From the NCBI RefSeq assembly GCF_009914755.1, contig NC_060940.1: a stretch of 64,000 bases of DNA; one strand, 5' to 3'. The notes beneath the pieces are model-generated. The model made no database searches, was not told the DNA's origin, and was given only the letters and a program-made list of their open reading frames with translations. This stretch comes from the human T2T-CHM13v2.0 reference genome, Homo sapiens. Shown piece by piece: positions 53,047-64,000 of this stretch (position 1 is the first letter of the stretch; the number at the start of each line of letters is the position of its first letter). The translations under genes were made by a program, and so were the position numbers.

Positions 53047-53408
53047 TATACTATGCTGCCATAAAAACAAATGAGATAATGTTTTTCGCAGCACCATAGA
53101 TAGAGCTGGAGGCCATTCTGCTACGTGAACCAAAGCAGGAACAGAAACCAAACATGGCATGTTCTAACTTATAAGCCGGAGTTAAACATTGGGTACACAT
53201 GGACGTAAAGACGGGAATAATAGCCACCAGCCCTACTTGAGGTTGGACAGTGGGAGGTGGGTGAGGATCAAACAACTACGCTTGTTTGGGTCCTACGCTT
53301 ATTACCTGGGTGACAAATCACGTGTACACAAAACCCCTGTGACAGGCAGTTTATCTATAGAACAAACCTGCACATGTATACGTGAAACTAAAATAAAAGT
53401 TAAAAAAA
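53047..53408 (+). mobile_element. L1PA15-16/L1PB 3' end
   Basis: gagctggaggccatt...ttattacctgggtga...aacaaacctgcacatgta...aaaataaaagttaaaaaaa. Confidence 0.9.
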
Positions 53409-53429
53409 TTTATTTATACCACTGCTTTA

Positions 53430-53738
<309 letters not shown>

Positions 53739-55348
53739 CACTGCTTTAGTTGCATCCCACAAATTTTGATGGGTTGTGATCTCTTTTTGTTCAGTTCTAA
53801 TTATTTTCTGATTTCCCTTATGTTTCTTTTTTGACCTATGCATTATTTTCAAGAGTGTTGTTTGATTTCAAGATATTTGTGGATTTTCCAGATTTTTTGG
53901 TAATTGACTTCTAGTTTAATTCCTTTGGCCACAGAAATACTCTGTAAGATTTTAATTATGAAAAATTCATTGAGACTTGTTTCGTGCCCCAACACACATA
54001 CCTTGTATTAGAACTATTCCACGCCTACTTGAAAATAATATATATTTTGAAGTTGTTGGATACAGTGTTCTATAAATACTAAGTCAATTTCACTGATAGG
54101 CTAAACTGATTTTTCTGTCTACATGCCTTTATTAATCTTCATCTATAATCGTGAATTTGTTCATTTCTCACTCAGTGCTGTCATTTTTGCTTCAAGTATT
54201 TTGAAGCTCTGTCATTAGGAGCACACAGATTTAGGATTGTTATGTCTTCTTAGTAAACTGACCTATTGATTGACATAAAATACCTTTCTTCATGTTTGGA
54301 AAAATTTCTTGTCCTAGCATCTACTTAGTCTCACATCAATATAGCCACTCCAGCTTTCTTACAATTCCTAGCTGTAGGGCATATTATTTTTATTATTTTA
54401 TATTTAACTTGCTTATGTCGTTATATATAAAATGTATCTTTAGTGAAAAAACATATAGTTGTGTCTTTCTTTTCCATCTAGTCTGTTAAATTCTATTTTT
54501 CATTTGGAGTGCTGAACCCATTTACATTCTGTGTAGAATTGGTATGCTTGGGTTTAAGCCTGCCACCTTGATATTTGTTTCTATTTGTTTCTTTCCTTCT
54601 CTTTTTTGTCATTCTTTGGATAAAATGAGTACTTTTTTCAGATTTTTTTTTAGTATTCTACCTTGTATTCTGTATTGGTTTATTATCTGCATCTCAGTGT
54701 TTTATTTATTAATTTCCATGTGTATGTATGTAGACATATGTACATACATATATGTGTATATATATATTTATTGAGGTTCCTCTCCTTATATTTGCAGTAT
54801 ACATGTATAATTTATCATTGTATACCTTCAAATACTATTACAAAACTTGATGTAAATGTAAGAACTTTAGCACAGTTTATTTTTGTTATCCCCTTCCACT
54901 ATTTGTTATTATTGTTGTATGTTTTACTTCTAAATCTGTGATAATACTGAAATATATTGTTGTCAATTTTAAGCCTTAAATTACATTAAAAAATAATAAA
55001 AGTATTTTATTTATATCTACCTATAGAATTACACTGTTCATTCCTTTATTCATAACACAGTTCCTGTCTAATGTCACTTTCCTTCAGCCTGAAACATTTT
55101 CATTAATATTCTTAGAGTGCAGGCCTTCTGATGAAAAATTATCGGACTTTGCATTTGTCTGAAATTTTTGTTGTTGTCGTTTCTTTAATCGTTAATGAGT
55201 ATTTTAACTGAATATGGAATTCTAGGTCGAAATTTTTTTTTCTTTCAGCCTTTTAATGACATCATTTTATTATGTTTTAGTTTGCATTTTTTTTTTACAA
55301 ATACTTTGGATATTCTTATTGTTTTTCTTATATAGTGTGTATTTTCGG

Positions 55349-55662
55349 TTTTTTTTGTTTTTGTTTTTTTTTTTTTTTTTTGAGACGGAGTCTCGCTCTT
55401 TCGCCCAGGCTGGAGTACAGTGGCACGATCTCGGCTCACTGCAAGCTCTGCCTCCTGGGTTCACGCCATTTTCCTGCCTCGGCCTCCCTAGTGGCTGGGA
55501 CTACAGGCACCCGCCACCACGCCCGGCTAATTTTTGCATTTTTTAGTAGAGACGGAGTTTCATCTTGTTAGCCAGGATGGTCTCCATCTCCTGACCTCGT
55601 GATCCGCCCACCTCGGCCTCCCAAAGTGCTGGGATTATAGGCGTGAGCCACTGCGCCCGGCC
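55349..55662 (-). mobile_element. AluY
   Basis: gcaagctc, cacgccatt, ttagccaggatggtctc, gacctcgtgatccg; many CpG retained. Confidence 0.97.
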
Positions 55663-55749
55663 CATTGTTTTAACTCTTCCTCTTCTGGTGCTTTTAAAAT
55701 TTTCTTTGTATCATGGATTTTAGCAATTTGACTATGATGTGTCTTGGTT

Positions 55750-55752
<3 letters not shown>

Positions 55753-55787
<35 letters not shown>

Positions 55788-55794
55788 TGTGTGT
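55753..55794. repeat. (GT)n microsatellite
   Basis: Read directly. Confidence 0.95.
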
Positions 55795-55826
55795 CTTTGG
55801 CTATCCTGCTTAAAGTTTAGTGAACG

Positions 55827-56039
55827 TTAAAAACTTTGAAAAACTTCCATCATTATTTTTCCATGTATTTTCTGCTCCAATCTCTTCTCTCCTACTGCTG
55901 CTTTAGTCACATGTATATTAGACTGCATGATACAGTCCCACAAGTCACTGAAAATTTGTTCCATTTTGTTTCCAGCTTTGTTTCCTATTGTCCTTATGTT
56001 GGATAGTTTGTATTGTTCTGTGTTAAAGTTTCTCATCAT
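55827..56039 (-). pseudogene. Decayed L1 ORF1p fragment
   Basis: EQIFSDLWDCIMQSNIHV...EQKIHGKIMMEVF resembles the L1 ORF1p coiled-coil/RRM junction (LWD-IKR-NI...IF-EI--ENF). Confidence 0.7.
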
Positions 56040-56096
56040 TTCTTCTGCAGTGTTCAGTCTGTTATTAAGCCATCTAGCAATTTAACTAGTGAAATT

Positions 56097-56169
56097 TAGA
56101 TACCGTATTTTCAAATTCTAGATTTTTAGATACTGTATTTTCAAATTCTAGATACTGTATTTTCAAATT
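56097..56169. repeat. Three near-tandem copies of a 22-bp unit
   Basis: tagatac(c/t)gtattttcaaatt(c) at 56097, 56127 and 56149. Confidence 0.92.
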
Positions 56170-56224
56170 ACAGAATTTCTATTTTTTTCTTATAGCCTCT
56201 ATTTCTTCTCTTTCTCCTTCTCCT

Positions 56225-56514
56225 TCTTATTTTTGACAAGATCTCACTCTATCGCCCAGGCTGGAGTGCAGCGTCATGAGCTTGGCTCACAATACACTCA
56301 ACCTCCTGGTTCATATGATCCTGCTTCAGCTTCCCAAGTGTCTGGGACCACAGGTCACAGGTGCACACCACTATGCCTGGCTAATTTATTTTTTTGTAGA
56401 GATGAGGTTTCACCATATTGTCCAGGTTGGTCTTGAACTCCTGGGCTCAAGCAATTCGTCCACCTCAGTCTCCCAAAGTGCTAGGATTACGGGTGTGAGC
56501 CATGGCGCCCGGCC
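56225..56514 (-). mobile_element. AluJ
   Basis: Diverged dimer, ctcctgggctcaagcaat. Confidence 0.92.
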
Positions 56515-56579
56515 TACTTCTTTCTTGAGATTCCTTATGTTTCCTCTACATTATTCTTTTCCTTTATACTTGTGAACAT

Positions 56580-57392
<813 letters not shown>

Positions 57393-57764
57393 AACATATT
57401 TATAGTGACTCTTTTAAATTCTTCTTTTGCTAATTTTATTATCTCTGTCATTTTGTTGGGGTCTGTTTCTGTGGACTGAATTTTCTCCTAGATATGGACC
57501 ACATATTTTTGGTTCTTCAAATGTCTAGTAATTTTTGGTTGGATATTGGATTGTATGGATACTAAATTTTGAGTGTCTGAATTTCCTAATCATTCCTAAT
57601 AAAATCTTAATAAAGTGTTGAATTTTGTCCTATTAGGCAGTTAACTTACTTTCAGGTCAGTGCAATCCTTTCAACCCTTCTTTTAAACTCCATTAGAGGT
57701 CTAGAATAACCTTGACTCTAGGGAAGCCCTTGTCAAATACTGTTGTCTTGTGGCCCTTCAAGTG

Positions 57765-58045
57765 CATTGTATTTATCTATGTTGAAAATATTATAAATTA
57801 GAACTGAAAATTGTAAATGTTTATTAAGTTATTTAAAATGGCAATTATAAACCCCATTACACATAAAAAATATGTTTTTATGAAAAGCAACTGTATCATC
57901 AAAAAATTAGTGAGATTAGTTGCAATGCAGAATCTGAAACCATATCAATAAACTTTTCATACTATGTCATGTTAAAATACATTGGTCTATCTTGAATCCA
58001 GAATAAATATCTAATGTATACATAATTTTGTAATGTCATGTTACA
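57765..58045. mobile_element. Charlie1-type internal fragment
   Basis: aaaccccattaca...tttttatgaaaa...aacttttcatact...cattggtctatcttg. Confidence 0.65.
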
Positions 58046-58854
58046 AAAACATCATGACCCCAAACTCTCATCTCAGTCTCCCCAGCTGAGCTAGATTGTA
58101 CTGCTCTAGATCCTTCTCCCTAGTTTACATTACAAAAAAGTGTGTCCAGGTGGAAAGCCAATGGAATCCTGCACTGCTGCTTGCAACAGTGCTTGGAGAT
58201 AATTATTTCATATATTTTTTGTCTACTGTTATAGTTGCTTATAGTGGGAGGGCTTCTCCCATCTTGTCCAGAGTCAATATATTTTTTAGTAAGAGATATG
58301 GATACCTATAGAGAAGTGAGAAAACCTTTCTTCCCACCTCTACCATGGGTTCTCTTCTTTCAAAAGAACAAATCCCTAGAATGCAGTACTCTACAGTTTA
58401 CAAAAAGCCTTTTGTAATTATTCTCTTATTCTGTTTGTATCACGTGGTTTCCATTTTGAGCTTTAGAGTGCAGTGGCGGGCTGAGGTCACAGAGCTAGGT
58501 CAGACCTGGAAAATGGAGTGGGGTAAGCTAGTTGTGTTTCACTGCTCAAGAATAGATCTTTCCTATGCTCTCACCAAAATAAGTTTGTAGGTCAGCCTTC
58601 TTTATAAACAGCTGAATAGGGAAGGAAGGGCAAGGTTGACAAGAATCGATCGAGCTCTGCCCCTGAGCCAGTTGCCGTGCTGGGCCCACTGATACAGAGA
58701 TCAAGAAGATAAATATGAGCAGGATCTCAGGTTGCTGGAGCACTGGTGAAATAATTTTGATTCATATAGATTTATTTGCTCAATCGACACATTTGTGTTT
58801 GGACTACAGAACCGTTTCCTCATCAGTAAAATGGACATTAATAATCTCTCATTC

Positions 58855-59769
58855 CAGTGAGATGCTGGGGCTGGCTTGTGCTGGAATATGAGAGCTGATT
58901 GTTAAAATTTTCAGAAAATGTTCAGGCCAATTATTAAGCACTGTCATAATTAAGGATTACATTATACAAATTTATCATTAAATCAATCACATTAAAACAA
59001 AGGTAATAAATCCTCAAGACTTAAAACTTTCTAACTATTTTACATGTACCTATATTCTTTGGTTTATTTACATCTATTATATCTGTATAGTAGAAATATT
59101 ATGTAATAGGGAGCTGCTGTGCATCTTTTCTTGCCTCCATGTTCAGTAATGCCAGGTTAGTAGCTTGACATCAGTGCTGATGGAAATATTTACACCATGG
59201 AAATAGGCAAATCAGGGCTTCATTGCTATTTTGATTCTCTAGACTTAAGTAAGTGTTAGAAATGATGTTAATGATGCAAATTAACCATAAAATTGTGTAG
59301 TGTCTGCAACTATTACTTTAAGAATATAGTATTTCAAATAACAACTTGAGCAAATATTATTTCAGTATTTCATCGCTATTATCTAAGCTAGCAAAGAATT
59401 CACTCATGTCATTAATAAGTAAGTGAAGTTCCAGCATTTCACATTTCACTTTCATCTTACTTACTAATGAAAACAAAATTATCAACAAATATTTATGCTG
59501 GAATTATCCTCACTTGTCCTTTGCAACCACAGTTTGGCTATAGATATAATTATTTGACCAAAAAACAACAAAATATTCCTTAAGAATCGAGGGGCTATAC
59601 GGAATTTACAAAAAGGAGTATTGAATATTTCATTATTATTTGTAAGGGGGCTTTGTGTCCTTTATATCAACAACAGTTACAATAAATGTATGTATGCAAA
59701 TATATGCATTTACTGTCTCCCTCTCTTCCCCCAAGAACCAGTTGTTAAACATTTACCAGCACACCGCTG
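58855..59769. mobile_element. MER63 (hAT-Blackjack) inserted in a MIR
   Basis: gagagctgattgttaaa...atttacaccatggaaataggcaaa...gttgttaaacatttaccagcacaccgctg. Confidence 0.85.
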
Positions 59770-60059
59770 CCTAACTCATATCATTGTTAAGATTAGACTA
59801 AGAGCGCCTTCAGAATGCTTATCTTTGCAGGCAGCTATGCTAAACTGAGGATTACCATTAGCTAATGTTCCAGGTCTTGACTTATAGGAGAAAAGGAAAA
59901 TCCTACGGAGGAGGGGCTCTGATGGCTTTGAAGAAGGCAGTGAATGGCCACATGTTCCCTGAGGACAGCACAGGCTAAAGGCTCAGCTAGAAGAAAGGCA
60001 CAGAGATAGCAAGGTCAGCTTGGAAATGGTTCTCCCCCCAGGTTGGACAGAATGAAGGT

Positions 60060-60370
60060 GGGAGAAAAAGTAGGGAAAGTTAGATTGAAATAATTATTTC
60101 AATATCCTTAAATTCCAAATTGCAGAGTTTATACTTGCATCAGCAGGTGGTGGGGAGCCACTGAAGGTCTTTGAGCTGTGTTTTGTGACAGTTAATATGG
60201 CAGTCTGGGTAAGATGGGTTGAAGAAGAAAGAAACTGGAGTTAGGAGAAGATTGTTAGAAGAATCCAGAAGGAAACGAGCGACATGAGCCCAACTAAGTT
60301 AGTGGTCATCACAACAGAAAGGATGTTAGTAATAGAAGAAATATTTCCAGGGTAGAATGAACAGCCCTTA
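60060..60370 (-). mobile_element. L2 fragment
   Basis: tggggagccactgaaggtctttgagc...ggtagaatgaacag. Confidence 0.7.
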
Positions 60371-61254
60371 GAAAAATAATCATACTTATTTTTATTATTT
60401 TTATTTTTTTAATTTTTAGTGTTTTTTTTTTTGTAGAGGTTTGAGTATGTGGGGAGGTGTCAGCGGATCAGAAAAGTATGAAATAAAGAGACTGAGGAAG
60501 AGCTCTGGAATATTTATGCCAAGCCCCCACTCCCCCACTTCTTTCATTTGCAGGATTTTGGGTTACTGGAGATGTTTTTTGTCAAGCGAATACTTACTTA
60601 TTTTAATTAATGTACATTTTATTTACGATTTACTTTTTCATTTATTTACTATTTTCTTTCTAGGGGCTTGTTAGTTTAAAAAAAATAAGTTTTTTTTTTT
60701 TCTTAAACTAGAAATATTTAAAGAATGCTCTCTGTTTGTCTTTCAGTGCATTCTGGCAAGGTGACTTTAGGCCATAAAGACTTGTGTGTTTGGGTCATGT
60801 CCCACCACAGGGCTTTCGGGCTTTGACTTGTTTATTTGGAATATGGAGGAGACATTGTAGAGACCATTTAATTCTCAGGAGCTATTAGAAAGCAGCCAAA
60901 TCCATTTTAAGGAAAAAAATTATATACTTAAAAAAAAAGATTTCTTTTTAGAGACTGTAAGTCATTAGAATATTCAAGAAATTTTAGAAGTTCGTTTATG
61001 GGCAAAATGTCCTAAAGGGAACATTCCCATAGGCTGTACATAGACCACAGACTCACCCCCACAGATGGTAAATTGACATTGCAGCTAAGCTAGTCAAAGA
61101 GAGGACATATCTCTTCTTTTACAGGTTTACAAGATTAAGTTATTTTCAGCAATATTTTCTTGCGTGTGATTACAAAAGACATGACTTCATGTTGTCAAAT
61201 AATTTAAACAATACACACGTAGACATTATAATACAGGCATTTGAGGACAAATTA

Positions 61255-61420
61255 TAGTGTCAAGATACCTGGGTTTCCATCTCTGCAACTTTCTTGTTCT
61301 GTGGCCCTGGGCACACAATTTCTCCAAGCTTTTTTCCTTACAGTAACATAAGAAAGGAAACACAAATTAACTCACAGGATTGTGATCATTAAGTGAGAGG
61401 ACATATGTAAACTCATGCAA
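61255..61420 (+). mobile_element. MIR SINE
   Basis: cctgggtttcc...tgtggccctgggca...ctcacaggattgtgatcattaagtgag. Confidence 0.65.
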
Positions 61421-61482
61421 GCTTTTCCAACACACCTTATTTTGTTGTTGTTGTCGTTGTTGTTCTGTTTTGTTTTGTTTTC

Positions 61483-61550
61483 GGCTTTTAGCAGCCTGAA
61501 GCCACGGATTTTAGTTTCTGTCTCTAGCAATAAATGGAAAAGTGGGATGG
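61483..61550 (-). mobile_element. Short ERV1 internal fragment (MER4 group-like) with A-rich tail
   Basis: ggcttttagcagcctgaagccacggattttagtttctgtctctag recalled as MER4-group internal sequence; preceded by (TTG)n(TTTTG)n. Confidence 0.55.
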
Positions 61551-61559
61551 GTCAGCAGT

Positions 61560-62601
61560 AAAAAAAAAAAAAAAAAAAAGCCAAGCTATCCAATTCCAAT
61601 TTGGAAATTCACAAAATATATGAATAAACATTTCACTGAAGAGGGTGTACAGATGGCAAATAAACACATTAAAAGATGTTGAACATCAGTGGCCCTTAGG
61701 TAAGTAAAAATTAAAACCACAGTGAAATATCATTACACACCTATCAGAATGGCTAAGATTAAAAATAGTGACAACACCAAAAGGTAGTGAGCATGCAGAG
61801 AAACTGGATCACTGACACATTTCTGGTGGGAATGTAACGCGGCCATGCCATTCTGAAAAGCAGTCTGGCAATTTCTTATACAATTAACTATGTAATTGTC
61901 ATATGACCGCACCATTATTCTCTGGGATATTTATCCCAGAAAAATGAAAATATATGTTTACACAAAAACCTAACGTGGATATTCAAAACAACTGCATTCA
62001 AAAGAGCCCCAAACCAGAAGTAACCCAGATGTTCTTCAGCAAGTGAATGGTTAAATAAACTGTGGTACATCCATAGTATGGAGTACTACTCAGCAATAAA
62101 AAGATATGAGCTATGGATACACGCAACGACTTGGATGAATCCAGATAATGATGCTAAGTGAAAACGTAGTCAATTCTGAAATAATACATACTCTACAATT
62201 CCATTGATATAGAATTCTTAAAGTGAGAAAATTATAGAAACAGAACACAGATTAATGGTTGCCAGGGGTTAGGGATGGGTCAGGGAGGAGGGTTAAAAAA
62301 AGGCACCCAAGGCATGCTTGTGGTGATGGAACTCTTCCCTACCTTGACCATGGTGCTGGATGCTGGAACCTACCTGTAAGACAAAATTGCATAAAACAAA
62401 TGAGCAAAACAAGGCATATCTGAGAATCAATGAATTGTATCAATGTCGATATCCTGGTTGTGATTTGACCCTATAATTTTGCAAGATGTTACCATTGGGG
62501 AAAACGAGGTAAAGTCTACATGGAATCTCTTTGCATTATTTCTTACAACTGCTTTTGAATGTACAGTTTTCTCACAATAAAAAAGTCTTTAATTTAAAAA
62601 A
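61560..62601 (+). mobile_element. L1MC/L1MD 3' end
   Basis: cagatggcaaataaacac...tacacacctatcagaatggctaa...ttttgcaagatgttaccattgggg...tttcttacaactgc. Confidence 0.92.
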
Positions 62602-64000
62602 GTAATATTGTAAGTTCTTAACAAAACAAAACTGAATGGGTTAACCAAGGGTTTGACTCATTTTAACTAACTGCACTATTTGTTTATTTAGGCAATCACT
62701 AGCCAAGCACTGATTGGCCAAATTCCACCTCCTTTCTTATGAATGAGTCCAGTGAGTTGCTCAGGGGCAACGCAGCCTAAATGTAGGCGATAGAAATGCT
62801 ATGTGAGGAAATGGGGTTAAAGGTCTGGGCCAGAGTTGTGCACTCAGCAAGTTTATTTATTAGGGACCTCTTTGTACGTCCATTGGGAATGGTAATGAAG
62901 ATTTAGTCTTATAGTACCTTCCTCGAGAACATCACTCTGGGTTTTGGATGGCCTTTACAAGAATAGTCAAGACTTGAGCAACTCACATCTGCTTGGGAAA
63001 TTCAAGCTTATTATCTCTAACTGGGGAGGCAGTAATGACTGTCATGGAAGAAGGAGACCTCAATTTAAGCAAACAGCTGTCTTTCGTTGACTACAGGAGG
63101 GTAAACAGGGCTCAAGTTGGCCCTTAGTGAACTGATCTATGGAAACATAGCTTAAACAGATTCTCTCATTGAGCACAGTGAGGAAAACACTCCTTGGCAG
63201 TTTCTAACCCTGCACAGGTAATGCACGGAGGCAAAGAAACTCTTTTTGTTTTGCTGGGGCCAGGCAAGATAAAGGGGCCCCATGCGTTAGTACCCTGCAT
63301 TTTAGCCCTTTCCCAGGGGCTGCCTGTGCATTGCTGCTCTCTCTTTTTAGGAAAGCTATTTGGAGCCCTATCCTGGCAGGGTTTGTGGTTTGTCCAGAGG
63401 AATCCCCTCTATCCTGTTCTTACCCAATTATCTGCTACTCAACTGGTGGACCCTCCAGTCAATTTCCCTTGGCACTGTGGGGTGGCTTAGTATTAAAATT
63501 CCACAGATTTTTCTCCTGCTCTTTGCAGTGGGGAGGACTCGACTGCAGCACTGTAGGGCTGTGCGAGCTTGCTCACTGGCGACAGTCAGCTGTGATTTTC
63601 CATCAGCTGCATCTCATTATCCCATCAAGGCTCCCTCCTGCCTATCGATGAGAAACACTGTGTAATCACTCCCAACTGACTGCAAATCACTCTGCACTCC
63701 TGTGTGAACCTTGGCCCATGACCACATGGCTCAGCCCGCCAAATGGTCCCTGGGCTGGGTCTGTGGACCCAGCACTGCTTTCATGGAGGGGGCTCCAGGA
63801 GCTTATATCACAAAGGCCATGCTTTCTTCTTGGGATGGAGTGGGAGAGAGGGGGCTGTGTTAAAGAGGGGCATTGGCTAGTCACAAAGCCCAGAGAACTA
63901 CAGGGTCAGATTCAGAATAGCTATCTCATGGAACTAGTTTTCAAGATGGAGAAAGGGCCATGCCTTTTCCTTTTATGGAGTCTAGAATCAACCAGTTGTT

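Noticed and set aside
56097-56169. 22-bp repeats that could look CRISPR-like
   Set aside because: No unique spacers, eukaryotic context, located inside an L1; simple slippage duplication

Overview
Primate (catarrhine, most likely human or great ape) non-coding genomic DNA, either intergenic or deep intronic. AluY, AluS and AluJ elements, L1PA/L1M, L2, MIR, MaLR/ERVL LTRs and hAT/mariner fossils make up a large part of the window. I recognise no protein-coding exon, structural RNA gene or CRISPR array. The listed ORFs are chance or repeat-derived, and the only protein-like one is a decayed L1 ORF1 piece at 55827-56039. I cannot name the locus, and I see no new multi-gene system. The non-routine signals are: (1) an indel-free 319-bp duplication of apparently unique DNA at 11185-11503 and 17883-18201, about 93% identical; (2) a perfect 23-bp inverted repeat with a template-switch signature at 1434-1485; (3) a minimal L1 insertion consisting only of TATAAT plus a poly(A) tail inside a perfect 14-bp target-site duplication (TSD) at 25620-25680; (4) two younger transposons interrupted by older or unique DNA; (5) a CpG- and GATA-rich patch with minus-strand splice sites at about 30.5-31.9 kb, a candidate enhancer or lncRNA; (6) two MADE1 (miR-548-type) elements. 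Repeat subfamily calls come from remembered consensus sequences, and the boundaries of old repeats are approximate.
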